A stretch of DNA of 64,000 nucleotides from Candidatus Omnitrophota bacterium (GCA_023819035.1 JAMWCL010000001.1:66441-130440); one strand, 5' to 3'. Positions 31,423-41,991 are shown, counted from the stretch's first letter. Numbers and translations are program-made. Notes: generated from the sequence alone by a model not told the origin.

Positions 31423-33603
31423 TTATATCAAAGGCTCCAAAGAAAGCACAGGATGTTCTACTTTCTTTAAAAAATCTAAGAGTTCCTCTAATGATACCGC
31501 TTTGGTCTCATCGGCAATCTTATCCAATAAATCTGGAATACCTAATTCCTGTGCACGTTGGTTAATCCGCTCCTCTAAAGCCTGCTTTAATTCCTTGGGC
31601 ATCCAGACTACCCGTTTAAGCCCTCCCTCTGCTAAGATAAATTTTTTACTCGTAATGTATAACCTGCCTATCCCTAAAAATCCTGGTGTCTGAACCCCTC
31701 CTCCTACAGAACCTGCTAATGTAGTAAAGGTCATTCCCAAGGGGGTCATTCCCGTATAATCACGACTCACAATCATCACCCCGTTTGTTTCCGGTATTAT
31801 TGCCACAATACACTCAAAGCAACCACAAGAAGACTGAGGTGAATCCATCAGTGAATACATGCTTACCTTCTGAATGGTTTTATTAGATTTTTGATATACA
31901 AAATCATTGATACTCTTCCATTGTCCAAGCTTTTCATCAAGTATCGGACCTTTTTGTATAGGTTGATTTGGCCCAGAGGGCATAATCTCATAGGAAGCCT
32001 TGGCATCTAACCAAGAATATGCCCCACATAGACCTAAACGTTCAGGGGTAATGATACAAACATGATTGGGAGCAAAGGACTGGCATAAAAGGCAAGAATA
32101 AAAGGTATCCACCGCCTCATCACTCATTCCGCTAATACGTTCATCGCGTTCAGTAAATGTTTTTTTGGCTTCTTCCAGAAGCCTCTGTACATCCTCCTGT
32201 TTTGTGTAAAGCTTAACCTGAACCTTATCTACAATTGCACCGTATTCCTGATGAAGCATAGCATGCAGGATAATCCCTATATGCTTAAGCCGGAAGCCTT
32301 TATTAAAGGCATCCTTACTTATTCTAATCCAGTTCATATCTCGCTGGCCGATATGCATAAGCCCCATCGCATAGTTTATAAAACGATGAACCTGACGCTC
32401 TAATATGGGTTCAAAATCCTTCTGCATCTTTCTTCCATAGACCTCGACAATAATTGCTAAGGGCATAGAATATTTATCCTTTTCTAACTCATCGATATCC
32501 GGACCAAATAGCTCAATCTTGCCATCCTCTACCTCTTCCGATTTTCTGGTTACCAGATACTCAAAAGAAAGACTACTTTTGCCTCCAAATTCTACATAGA
32601 GATTCTCTTTTCTTACCCGCTCTCCTTCAAAAGCAGCTGCATAAGGCACAGGGATAGGTATTTGTGTAACCTTGACCTTTATCCCCCTTACCTCAATACA
32701 CCGAGAAACTATCTTCTTATAATCTAACTCCTTAACCAATGCCTCGTAGGTAGTTATCCCTGAAGGTTTTATCTGCGGTATATCCGTATCCGCAATAATC
32801 GGAAATCCCATACTTATTGCTCCTGCACCGGTGGCATACTTTATCTCATCAACCTCACCTAAAACCAAACCAAAAGCAAATACACGTTCTTTAGTATATA
32901 AAAGACATTTTTGCGCCTGCCCCGGCTTAATCCCTCCAAAGGTTAATGCGGAGCGGATAGCCCAGTTTAAAGGATAGATTGCAGAAAGGGTATCCCTACC
33001 ATAAGGCACAATATAATTATCCCAGCCCATCTGGACATTCTCCTCTAAAAGCTGATCAATAATTGAGCGACCGTTAACTGAAGAACCTACAAAGACTAAG
33101 ATATTTCTTCCCTGGAGCTGTCTTACTATATCTACAGCAATCTGATTATTTGGGGCAGCCCCTAATATCGCTGCAAACCCCGGCATGCGACCATCAACTA
33201 ACTGGATACCCAAAGAACGCATAATTGTATCCGTAAAAAATCCCTGGCAATCCTTCTGTGGTTCTTCTCTATAAAGATAGCGTAAAGCCATAATAATCTC
33301 TTCACAGAGCAAAGTGGCAATACCTGCATTTAAAGTATCCCCTAAATAAGGAAGCCAAATCCTTTCTGTAGGTAGATTAGGTAATAAAGATTTAGCATGT
33401 TCTAAAATCGGCACAACCTCCTTTAATCTCTCTACCTTCAGCCCTAATAATGCATTTGCCATAGGAAGATAAAAAGCAGTCTCAGGAAAACCTATCTTCT
33501 GCTCTTGACCTTTTTCTTTAATTGCCTTATCTAAAAATTCCTTTGCCTGGTTAAAAATAACCCACGCACCTTTGATTGCTGAGCTTGCCACCAATTTAGA
33601 CAT
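31423..33603 (-). CDS. acsB: Acetyl-CoA synthase (bacterial-type ACS subunit of CODH/ACS)
   Basis: FPETAFYLP; A-cluster ligands CLLCQSFAPNHVCIITPERLGLCGA and SSCGCFEC; GGGVQTPGF. Confidence 0.96.
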   Translation of the reverse strand: MSKLVASSAIKGAWVIFNQAKEFLDKAIKEKGQEQKIGFPETAFYLPMANALLGLKVERLKEVVPILEHAKSLLPNLPTERIWLPYLGDTLNAGIATLLCEEIIMALRYLYREEPQKDCQGFFTDTIMRSLGIQLVDGRMPGFAAILGAAPNNQIAVDIVRQLQGRNILVFVGSSVNGRSIIDQLLEENVQMGWDNYIVPYGRDTLSAIYPLNWAIRSALTFGGIKPGQAQKCLLYTKERVFAFGLVLGEVDEIKYATGAGAISMGFPIIADTDIPQIKPSGITTYEALVKELDYKKIVSRCIEVRGIKVKVTQIPIPVPYAAAFEGERVRKENLYVEFGGKSSLSFEYLVTRKSEEVEDGKIELFGPDIDELEKDKYSMPLAIIVEVYGRKMQKDFEPILERQVHRFINYAMGLMHIGQRDMNWIRISKDAFNKGFRLKHIGIILHAMLHQEYGAIVDKVQVKLYTKQEDVQRLLEEAKKTFTERDERISGMSDEAVDTFYSCLLCQSFAPNHVCIITPERLGLCGAYSWLDAKASYEIMPSGPNQPIQKGPILDEKLGQWKSINDFVYQKSNKTIQKVSMYSLMDSPQSSCGCFECIVAIIPETNGVMIVSRDYTGMTPLGMTFTTLAGSVGGGVQTPGFLGIGRLYITSKKFILAEGGLKRVVWMPKELKQALEERINQRAQELGIPDLLDKIADETKAVSLEELLDFLKKVEHPVLSLEPLI

Positions 33604-34861
33604 AGAGATTCTCCTTTTGATTTACTAAATCCATAATCTCTGGATAACCAAAATTTTCATTAAGGAGCTTATCCTTTAAACTACTGATATTTATCCTCTC
33701 TCTAATTAATCTTAGAAAGACCCCGCTATTTCTAATATCTCCTACTAAGACTGCACCTACTAAATAGTTATCTTTTAAGATAAGCTTCTTATAGATATTT
33801 TGCTTTTCATCCAAGAACTTTATCTCTTCAAAATTAGGATCATCCTCCTTTATCTTAAATATCCCTAATGAGACGACTGCCAGACCAAAGAATTCTAAGG
33901 AATTCATCCCTAAAGAGCCTTGATATTTTAAACCTTGGCCCGTCATATTCTGACCCGCAACCCTTCCCTGTTCTACCGCAATTGGCCAGAGTGCATTTAC
34001 CGAAGGCGCATTTAGGACTAAATCGAACCCCTCACAAACATCCCCAGCAGTATAAATATTAGGGATATTTGTCTGAAGAAACTCGTTAGCAATGATTCCT
34101 TCTCTAACATTAATGGGTGTATCTTTTACTAAATCTGTGTTAGGAGATACTCCCTTTGCAACAATTACTAAGGAACAGCCAATCACCTTTCCTGAATCTA
34201 ACTTTATCGCCTTTAGCTCTCCATCACCAATGATCTCGACTGCATCTTGACCAAAAATCAACTCAATACCATTCTCTTCTATTTTTTTCTGAACAAAACC
34301 CGCTGCTTTATAATCAAGCATCTGGGATAATACCTGTTTAGACTTTACGATTAGCTTCACCTCAATATTTCTTTTCTTTAAAGCATAAGCTGCCTTAAGC
34401 CCAATAAGACCTCCTCCTAAGATACAAGCATTCTTTGCTACCGGAAGTATCTTTTCAATTTCCTTAACATCCTTTATAGTGCGGAAGCCAAAGACATTTC
34501 TTTTCTTAATCCCCGCCAGATGAGGAAACTTGGGTGAAGCACCCGTAGCAATAAGTAAGGAATCATAACTAAGTTGAGATTTATCCTCTAAGATAATTCG
34601 ATTCCTCTTGGGTTCAACACGCATAACCTTTCTATTTAAGCGAAGTTCTATATTATTTTCTTTGTAGAAACTTTCTGAGCGATATAATAATTTCTCCTCC
34701 CTGACCTGCCCGGCTAGATAATAAGAAATAAGACAACGGTAATAACTGGGGTAGTCCTCATCGGAAATAACGATTATCTTCGATGTCTTATCTACCTTAC
34801 GAATCGCTTCTACTGCTGAGATCCCTGCTGCCGAATTGCCGATAACTACTAATTGTTTCAT
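33596..34861 (-). CDS. FAD/NAD(P)-dependent oxidoreductase (NirB-N/rubredoxin reductase-like)
   Basis: VIGNSAAG, LLIATGA, LGGGLIG, IYTAGD. Confidence 0.9.
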   Translation of the reverse strand: MKQLVVIGNSAAGISAVEAIRKVDKTSKIIVISDEDYPSYYRCLISYYLAGQVREEKLLYRSESFYKENNIELRLNRKVMRVEPKRNRIILEDKSQLSYDSLLIATGASPKFPHLAGIKKRNVFGFRTIKDVKEIEKILPVAKNACILGGGLIGLKAAYALKKRNIEVKLIVKSKQVLSQMLDYKAAGFVQKKIEENGIELIFGQDAVEIIGDGELKAIKLDSGKVIGCSLVIVAKGVSPNTDLVKDTPINVREGIIANEFLQTNIPNIYTAGDVCEGFDLVLNAPSVNALWPIAVEQGRVAGQNMTGQGLKYQGSLGMNSLEFFGLAVVSLGIFKIKEDDPNFEEIKFLDEKQNIYKKLILKDNYLVGAVLVGDIRNSGVFLRLIRERINISSLKDKLLNENFGYPEIMDLVNQKENLYV

Positions 34862-35295
34862 GCTTCTTCCTTCCAGATAACTGCACCAGTTGGGCAGGCA
34901 CTTACACAGGCAGGCTCATCCTTATCTTTACATTTATCACAACGTAAAGGAAGTTTAGTCTTAATATTTGGTCTTATCGCTCCATACGGACAGACCATTA
35001 CACACATCCAACAGCCTACACAACTGCTCTCATCATGTAAAACCATACCTTTTTCTTTATCATAAGTTAAAGCTCCTGCCATACAAGCATCTACACACTT
35101 GGGTTCTCTACAGTGTCGACAGGAGACAGGGTAATTATTCCCTTTAGAAAAAAGGACTTTTTTTCGAGGAAGCGAGGGGTCTTCTTTATTTATCTCCTTA
35201 AAAAGCTCTCCGGTTAAAGAATGTGTTAAGGCACAGGCGAACTCACAGGACTTACAACCTAAACATTTCTTAACCTCATAATAAAGTTGCTTCAT
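34858..35295 (-). CDS. cooF: CooF-like 4x[4Fe-4S] electron-transfer protein
   Basis: CLGCKSCEFAC, CRHCREPKCVDAC, CVGCWMCVMVCP, CDKC..PACVSACP; directly after cooS. Confidence 0.88.
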   Translation of the reverse strand: MKQLYYEVKKCLGCKSCEFACALTHSLTGELFKEINKEDPSLPRKKVLFSKGNNYPVSCRHCREPKCVDACMAGALTYDKEKGMVLHDESSCVGCWMCVMVCPYGAIRPNIKTKLPLRCDKCKDKDEPACVSACPTGAVIWKEEA

Positions 35296-35297
35296 CT

Positions 35298-37205
35298 TTA
35301 TTGATACATTAAAGGCCTTAGATGCAAAGCCTTTCTTTTTCTATCGATATGTTCGATCATAAGGGTTGCCATCTGAAGAGGATCATCGCAGAATTCAAAT
35401 CTTCCTCCCACAAAAGACTCTAAATCTTTGGTAAGATAATTAGTAAGGTTCTTGCTTCCTAAAACTGCAAAAGGGCTTGCGCCAAATACCGTGTAGACCC
35501 CCGAAGCTACAAAGTAAAATCCAATGGTAATTGCCTTCTCAGACATCCATTCGGGAGCTGCTCCCGCCGCTGGGATATCCGAAAGATCCTCTCCTAAACC
35601 ACCCTCTTGGATTATGCAGGAAGCAGCGGTTAAAATCCTTGAATTATCCACACAAGAACCCAGATGTAAAACTGGAGGAATGCCTACTGCCTCACAGATC
35701 TCCTGTAATCCTTTACCTGCGTATTCCTTAGCTGCCTCAGGTATAAGCAGACCCTGCTTTGCGCAGGCAATGGCAGAACAGCCTGTCTGCAGGACCAGAA
35801 TATCATTCTTAATAAGTTCCTTAACTAAGGTTGTATGAAAATAATCGTGGGTCTGTTTAGGATTATTACAACCCACTATCCCTGCTAACCCCCGTAATCT
35901 TCCTGAGATGATTGCTTCATTTAAAGGTTTATAGGTAGCGCGGTATCTACCACCTAAGATCTGAAAGATCACCTCTTTGGTAAAACCGGCAACTAAATCC
36001 ATCTCATATTTAGGAATATTTACCCGCTCTTTATTCCGATTTACAAAGTTTTCTATCCCTAATCTAATAATCTGCTTAGCTACCTGATAAGCCCTTTCTG
36101 GTTGAAACTCTACATGTAATACACCCGGAAACCGTGCCTTAGGATTAGTGGTGACTAACTTTGTATGATAACAGCTGGCAATATTCTGTAAAGCAGGCAT
36201 AATACACTGGACATCTACCATCATTACCTCTACCGCACCAGTAATTATGGCTAACTCCTGCTGTAAGAAATTTCCTGCAACCGGAATCCCATGACGCATT
36301 AAAACCTCATTGGCAGTACAGCAGATACCCGCCAGGTTTATCCCCTCTGCTCCATTTTCACGGGCTAACCTTAATAATTCGGGATCTTGGCTTGCCTTTA
36401 CCGCCATCTCCGAGAGTATCGGTTCATGACCATGCACTACAATATTCACATAATTTTCCTTTAAAACCCCTAAATTCACCTTTCCCCGCACAGGTTGAGG
36501 ACTTCCTAAGATTATATCTTGTAAGTCCGTAGCAATCATCGAACCACCCCAACCATCAGATAAGGCACAGCGTAAACCGGTATTTATAAGATTCTTGTAA
36601 TCATTATCTACGCCCATGGTGGTAGTATGTAATAATTCTACTATCTCACGGTCGATCCCCCGTGGACTAATCCCTAATTTTTTCCATATTTGTTGACGTT
36701 TTTTAGGTGCACGTTTTAGAAACAAAAGCTCTCCTTCCTGTTTCCCAAACTCCGCAAAAAATCTTTTTGCCAATTCCTTAGCTATCTCTTCCTTAGATTT
36801 ATTAGTATCTATCCCTAACTCCTCAGCCAAGGATTTAAACTTTTCAAGATCCAAAATATCATAATCATGGGCATGGCCTTCAGAGAATAAAGCCAAGGTA
36901 TGTACGACATCCCTTCCATGATCGGAGTGTGCAGAAGCACCCACCGCAATCTTACGCACAAGATTTCTCGCTGCAATCGTATCCGCATTCGCACCGCAGA
37001 CCCCTTCTTGAGCACCTTCGCCAAAAGGATCAATGCGACAAGGACCCATATTACAGACTGTACAACATAAGCCTAATTGCCCAAAACCACATTGTGGCTT
37101 CTGTACTTCTAATCTATCCCAAGAAGTCTTTATACTTTCCTCTCTGGCTTTCCTTAAAGCCTCTTGGGAAGCTAAATCTATAGATTTTGCCTGAATATCT
37201 GCCAT
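35298..37205 (-). CDS. cooS: Anaerobic Ni,Fe carbon monoxide dehydrogenase catalytic subunit
   Basis: QCGFG..CCTVCNMGPC..VCG (D/B clusters); C-cluster ligands HGHEP, GICCT, DVQC, GCNN, TGCS, GSCVD; MSEKA; SD GGAGGAGGAGG. Confidence 0.97.
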   Translation of the reverse strand: MADIQAKSIDLASQEALRKAREESIKTSWDRLEVQKPQCGFGQLGLCCTVCNMGPCRIDPFGEGAQEGVCGANADTIAARNLVRKIAVGASAHSDHGRDVVHTLALFSEGHAHDYDILDLEKFKSLAEELGIDTNKSKEEIAKELAKRFFAEFGKQEGELLFLKRAPKKRQQIWKKLGISPRGIDREIVELLHTTTMGVDNDYKNLINTGLRCALSDGWGGSMIATDLQDIILGSPQPVRGKVNLGVLKENYVNIVVHGHEPILSEMAVKASQDPELLRLARENGAEGINLAGICCTANEVLMRHGIPVAGNFLQQELAIITGAVEVMMVDVQCIMPALQNIASCYHTKLVTTNPKARFPGVLHVEFQPERAYQVAKQIIRLGIENFVNRNKERVNIPKYEMDLVAGFTKEVIFQILGGRYRATYKPLNEAIISGRLRGLAGIVGCNNPKQTHDYFHTTLVKELIKNDILVLQTGCSAIACAKQGLLIPEAAKEYAGKGLQEICEAVGIPPVLHLGSCVDNSRILTAASCIIQEGGLGEDLSDIPAAGAAPEWMSEKAITIGFYFVASGVYTVFGASPFAVLGSKNLTNYLTKDLESFVGGRFEFCDDPLQMATLMIEHIDRKRKALHLRPLMYQ

Positions 37206-37222
37206 CCTCCTCCTCCATCGTT

Positions 37223-38092
37223 TTATAGACCTGCGGCATCCAAAACTAAAGGGACCTTCTTATCCCAACCAATGGGCATGATATGTACCCCTTGACACAT
37301 CGACCTTAATCCTTTAATCAATCTGGCAGCAATCTCAATTGATTTCTGAGACTTATCCTTGGCTTCCTCCATCTCCTTAATTAAATCCTCGGGGACAAAG
37401 ACCCCACTAACATTTTTATTCATATAGCGTGCCATGCCCGCAGACTTTAAAAGCACGATTCCTGCTAAAATCGTAGTCTTTAGATGCTTAATCTTACTTA
37501 AAAAATTCTCAAAGACCTTAATATCGTAGACTGCCTGGGTTTGAAAAAACTCTGCCCCTGCTTCCAGTTTCTTCTCCATCTTGATAATCTGCGGTTCAAG
37601 GGGGTCTGCTCCTGGATTTACTACCGCCCCTAAACAGAATTTAGGAGGAACTCCTTCAAGTTTATTCCCTTTCATATCAAAACCCTCAGTAAGTCTTTTC
37701 GCTACCTGGAGTAACTGTACAGAATCCAGGTCAAATACCGGCTTTGCTTCTGGATGATCCCCTAAATAGGGGTGATCTCCGGTTAAGATTAAAACATTCT
37801 CAATTCCTAAGGCGGAGGCAGAAAGTAAATCGGATTGCAATGCCAACCTGTTCCTATCTCGGCAGGTCAACTGATATATCGGTTCAAATCCTTTTTGTTT
37901 AAGCAAAGCGCAGACCGCTAAAGAACCTAAACGCATAACCGAGCTCTGCAGATCGGTAACATTTATGGCATCTACCCGACCGCGCAAAAGCTCGGCATCT
38001 TCTAAGATAGTTTCGGTATGAATCCCTTTAGGTGGACCGATCTCAGAGGTAATCAAAAATTTACCTCCCATAATCTTCTCTTTAAAGCTCAT
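37223..38092 (-). CDS. metF: Methylenetetrahydrofolate reductase (MetF subunit)
   Basis: EIGPPKG, NVTD, TCRDRNRLALQSDL, TGD, FFQTQ. Confidence 0.93.
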   Translation of the reverse strand: MSFKEKIMGGKFLITSEIGPPKGIHTETILEDAELLRGRVDAINVTDLQSSVMRLGSLAVCALLKQKGFEPIYQLTCRDRNRLALQSDLLSASALGIENVLILTGDHPYLGDHPEAKPVFDLDSVQLLQVAKRLTEGFDMKGNKLEGVPPKFCLGAVVNPGADPLEPQIIKMEKKLEAGAEFFQTQAVYDIKVFENFLSKIKHLKTTILAGIVLLKSAGMARYMNKNVSGVFVPEDLIKEMEEAKDKSQKSIEIAARLIKGLRSMCQGVHIMPIGWDKKVPLVLDAAGL

Positions 38093-38135
38093 CTTATTTT
38101 TAATCCTTTCTTTCTAAGTCTTCTTCAAATTTATT

Positions 38136-38978
38136 TTATATCTGCATCCTCACTGCTTCGATTAGATTACGCATAAGCATGGTTACCGTTAAAGGGCCTA
38201 CGCCTCCAGGAACCGGGGTAATCCAAGCAGCGCGTTTCTGGGCTTCCTCAAACTCCACATCCCCTACAATCTTATCTCCTAAGCGGTTAATCCCCACATC
38301 AATCACGATAGCATCCTGCCTAATCCAATTACCCTTAATTACCCCCGCCTTACCCACTGCTACAATCAAAATCTCCGCATCTTTTACATGCTCTTCTAAT
38401 CTTCCTGCCTGAGAGGTGGCAATATGACAGACGGTAACCGTAGCAAATTTATTTAAGAGTAAAAGGCTTAAAGGCTTGCCCACTATCTCACTATGACCCA
38501 CCACCACTACTTCCTTTCCATAAAGGTCTAGCTTGATAGAATTCAATAATTCCATCACTGCGGAAGGAGTGCAAGGTAAGAGTTCAGCCTTTCCGAATAA
38601 TAATTTACCAATATTTTTTGGATGCATACCTTCCACATCTTTCTCAGGCAGGATATATTGGCTTATCTTTTTATAATCAATCTGGTTGGGGAAAGGCATC
38701 TGAATAATTATACCGTGGACAGAATTATCAGAATTTAGCTTATTAATAAATTCAATAAGCGCCTCTTCGGTGATATTCTGATTTAATCTATGTAGCTGAT
38801 AGATAACCCCCAGGCTTTCGGCAGTCTTTTGTTGAGATTTTATATATACCTCACTAGAAGAATTCTCTCCTACAAGGATACTGGCTAAAACAGGTCTAAT
38901 CTTAAGATTCTGTATCTCTTTTCTAAGCTCCTCTTTAATCCTCTCGGCAATAGGTCTACCCTCTAATAATCTTGCCAA
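38136..38978 (-). CDS. folD: Methylene-THF dehydrogenase/cyclohydrolase
   Basis: KDVEG, PCTP, VGKP, IDVGIN, ITPVPGGVGPLT; TTG start with strong SD. Confidence 0.96.
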   Translation of the reverse strand: MARLLEGRPIAERIKEELRKEIQNLKIRPVLASILVGENSSSEVYIKSQQKTAESLGVIYQLHRLNQNITEEALIEFINKLNSDNSVHGIIIQMPFPNQIDYKKISQYILPEKDVEGMHPKNIGKLLFGKAELLPCTPSAVMELLNSIKLDLYGKEVVVVGHSEIVGKPLSLLLLNKFATVTVCHIATSQAGRLEEHVKDAEILIVAVGKAGVIKGNWIRQDAIVIDVGINRLGDKIVGDVEFEEAQKRAAWITPVPGGVGPLTVTMLMRNLIEAVRMQI

Positions 38979-39516
38979 TCTCCTCCTCCGTCTTTAACCT
39001 TATCTTCTTTATCTGTTTTAATTTCCTTTTAAATTCTTTATTTATTTTTAAAGATAAACCTTTATCTTTTAAAGACCTCAGGTTAATTAAAATATTAAAA
39101 TAGGCACTGGCAAAACCTGCTTCTAATAAGATGGCTGCTACCGCGAGGTCACTGATAAGATTGACATTTGCTTTTTTAATTAAAGTTGGGCAAAATTCTA
39201 TGCCCTTAAAACAAAGGTCAGCGGTCCTTAGCGGCACCTTTAAGGCTTTCTTTATATTTTTAGACTTATAAGCTAAAACATCCAAATCTACCAACCTTAA
39301 GAATTCCTTTCTTAAATTTTCCGAATTCCTTAAAATAAACCTTAGCTCATTTTCATATCTGGCATAGCGGGATTTCCCTAAGGTAAAATTTATCACCATA
39401 CTGATTAAAGAAACACCCAGCGCTGCCGAGAGCGCAGATGCAGAACCTCCGCCTGGGGCGGGTAATTTTGCCGAAAGATCATCTAAGTATTTTTTTAGGG
39501 TGCTATCTTTATACAT
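38956..39516 (-). CDS. fchA: Cyclodeaminase/methenyl-THF cyclohydrolase (FTCD_C family)
   Basis: PAPGGGSASAL, NLISD, NILINL; lies between fhs and folD. Confidence 0.85.
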   Translation of the reverse strand: MYKDSTLKKYLDDLSAKLPAPGGGSASALSAALGVSLISMVINFTLGKSRYARYENELRFILRNSENLRKEFLRLVDLDVLAYKSKNIKKALKVPLRTADLCFKGIEFCPTLIKKANVNLISDLAVAAILLEAGFASAYFNILINLRSLKDKGLSLKINKEFKRKLKQIKKIRLKTEEEIGKIIRG

Positions 39517-39520
39517 CTTA

Positions 39521-41215
39521 TTAAAATAAACCTACAATATTTCCTTTTTCATCTATATCAATATTCTCGCCTGCAGGATGGGTAGGTAAGCCCGGCATAG
39601 TACGCATATCTCCACATAAAGGATAAAGAAACCCCGCACCGATAGAAGCCCGGATATCTCTAACCGGTAAGATAAAATCCTTAGGCCTTCCTTTTAGATT
39701 GGGATCGTGTGATAATGAAAGATGGGTCTTTGCCATACAGATAGGCAATCTATCCCAGCCATAATCAGTATAGAGCTTAATCTTGGATTCTGCTAATTCT
39801 GAATACTGAACATCCTTAGCTCCGTAGATCTTGGTAGCAATGATCTTTATCTTTTCTTTTATGGGAATATCTAAGGGATAAAGAAATCGAAAATTCTTAG
39901 GTTGGTTTGATGCCTTAATTACTGCCTTGGCTAAATCCAAACCCCCTTTTGAACCCTTAAGCCAGACCTCGCTTATCTGACAATCATCTGCCCCTAACTC
40001 TACTGCCCTTTTCTTTACCAATTCTATCTCTTTATCAGTATCGGATGCGAATTTATTTATTGCCACTACTAAAGGAAGACCAAAGAGTTTAATATTTTCT
40101 ATATGCTTGGCCAGATTACAGATCCCTTCTTCCAAGGCAGGAAGATTTTCATTAGTTAAATCCTTATCAAGGGGTTTTCCTGCCACTACCTTAAATCTAC
40201 CACTATGTGCCTTTAAGGCACGAATAGAACAAACGATTACACAAGCATCAGGTATAAGACCACTTACCCGACATTTTATATCAAAGAACTTCTCTGCTCC
40301 ACAATCTGCTCCAAAACCTGCCTCAGTAACCACAAACTCTGATAAAGCCAAGGCTATTCTATCTGCAAGAATAGAATTATTTCCATGGGCGATATTGGCA
40401 AAAGGACCCCCATGGACAAAACAAGGGGTATTCTCAATAGTCTGAATTAAGTTCGGTTTTATGGCATCCTTTAAAAGCACTGCCATACTCCCGGCAACCT
40501 TTATATCTTCGGGGGTAACCGGCTTTCCTTCATAGGTATAGGCTAAGACAATCCTAGCTAAGCGATTACGTAAGTCCTTAAGAGACTTACTTAAAGCCAA
40601 GATGGCCATAACCTCAGAGGCTACCGTAATATCAAAACCCGAATCCCGGGGTATGCCATCATCTTCTCCACCCAAACCAATCCTTACATTCCTTAGAAAC
40701 CTATCACTTACATCAATAACCCTGCGCCAACTAATTGTTTCAGGATTAATTCTTAAGGGGTTGCCTTTAAAAATAGAGTTATCTAAATAAGCTGCGGCAA
40801 GATTATGAGCAAGACCTACTGCATGCACATCTCCCGTAAAATGCAAATTAAAATCCTCCATGGGAAGAACCTGAGAATACCCTCCACCACTGGCTCCTCC
40901 TTTTATTCCAAATACCGGACCTAATGAGGGCTGTCTTAAGCAGGTAGAGGTAAGCCTGCCTAATCTATTTAAAGCCATAGAAAGACCGATGGTGGTAACG
41001 GTCTTTCCTTCGCCTAAAGGGGTAGGGGTAATAGCGGTAACCAGGATGTATTTACCTTTTGGTCTATCCTTTATCTCATCTAAGATACCTAAATCAATCT
41101 TAGCAATATATCTTCCGTAAGGGATAATATATCTTTTATTAATCCTTAATCTTCTGGCAATCTTTTCTATGGGTTCTTTCTTTGCAGCTTGGGCAATCTG
41201 AATATCAGAAAGCAT
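39521..41215 (-). CDS. fhs: Formate--tetrahydrofolate ligase
   Basis: TPLGEGKTVT, GIKGGASGGG, GPFANIAHG, TEAGFG, CMAKT, MPGLP. Confidence 0.98.
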   Translation of the reverse strand: MLSDIQIAQAAKKEPIEKIARRLRINKRYIIPYGRYIAKIDLGILDEIKDRPKGKYILVTAITPTPLGEGKTVTTIGLSMALNRLGRLTSTCLRQPSLGPVFGIKGGASGGGYSQVLPMEDFNLHFTGDVHAVGLAHNLAAAYLDNSIFKGNPLRINPETISWRRVIDVSDRFLRNVRIGLGGEDDGIPRDSGFDITVASEVMAILALSKSLKDLRNRLARIVLAYTYEGKPVTPEDIKVAGSMAVLLKDAIKPNLIQTIENTPCFVHGGPFANIAHGNNSILADRIALALSEFVVTEAGFGADCGAEKFFDIKCRVSGLIPDACVIVCSIRALKAHSGRFKVVAGKPLDKDLTNENLPALEEGICNLAKHIENIKLFGLPLVVAINKFASDTDKEIELVKKRAVELGADDCQISEVWLKGSKGGLDLAKAVIKASNQPKNFRFLYPLDIPIKEKIKIIATKIYGAKDVQYSELAESKIKLYTDYGWDRLPICMAKTHLSLSHDPNLKGRPKDFILPVRDIRASIGAGFLYPLCGDMRTMPGLPTHPAGENIDIDEKGNIVGLF

Positions 41216-41231
41216 AGGAAACTTTTAAAAT

Positions 41232-41612
41232 CTAATAGAGAAAATCTGTATCTAATTCAAAGGCATTTTTGAATAAATCCAAAGAGATTAAAGGTCTCGA
41301 ATATAATATACAGACAACATCAAAGCGCACCTTCTTTTCTAAGAGATTTTTTTTCTTTAAGAATTCCAAGGCGACCTTAAAGATCTGTCTTTTTTTCTCA
41401 GGTAATATTGCTTCTTGCGGCAAACCGAACCTATCCGAATGGCGTGTTTTTACCTCTACAAAACAGATAGTATCCTTCTCCTTAGCAATAATATCAACCT
41501 CACCTAATCTGGTTTTATAATTTCTAAATAAGATCTTATAGCCTTTTTGTCTTAATAAATCCACTGCCAGATCCTCTCCCGTCCTTCCTAAGAATAATCC
41601 CTGTTTAGACAT
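41232..41612 (-). CDS. yraN: YraN (UPF0102) family putative endonuclease
   Basis: GRTGED..GYKIL.RN..GEVDII..FVEVKTR..RFDVV. Confidence 0.92.
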   Translation of the reverse strand: MSKQGLFLGRTGEDLAVDLLRQKGYKILFRNYKTRLGEVDIIAKEKDTICFVEVKTRHSDRFGLPQEAILPEKKRQIFKVALEFLKKKNLLEKKVRFDVVCILYSRPLISLDLFKNAFELDTDFLY

Positions 41613-41626
41613 GAGTATAACAATAG

Positions 41627-41989
41627 CTAAACCTTTCTCTCTTCAGCCTGTGCTTCAATCCTGGTAGCTTTTTTACCGATCTTACTTCTTAGATAGTAAA
41701 GCCTTGCCCTCTTGACCTTGCCTGAACGCACTACCTCGATACGCTCGATATTGGGGGAATATAAAGGAAAGATCCGCTCGATTCCTTCTCCATAAGAGAT
41801 CTTCCTTACCGTAAAGGTGCTTCTTATTCCACTGCCTTGCTTGGCAATGACTATCCCTTCAAAAGGATGCAGACGCACCTTATCTTGACCTTCTTCGATC
41901 CTTACCATTACCCTAACTGTATCACCTACATTAAACTTGGGGATTTCTTTTTTGGTATACTCTTGCTCAATGAGTTTTATCTTATCCAT
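41627..41989 (-). CDS. rplS: 50S ribosomal protein L19
   Basis: [45 protein letters not shown]. Confidence 0.98.
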   Translation of the reverse strand: MDKIKLIEQEYTKKEIPKFNVGDTVRVMVRIEEGQDKVRLHPFEGIVIAKQGSGIRSTFTVRKISYGEGIERIFPLYSPNIERIEVVRSGKVKRARLYYLRSKIGKKATRIEAQAEERKV

Positions 41990-41991
41990 CT

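Noticed and set aside
38093-38135. Coding-like spacer (NKFEEDLERKD*) between folD and metF as a metV relic
   Set aside because: It is in frame right after the folD stop and too short to assign; it could equally be an old folD tail or chance.
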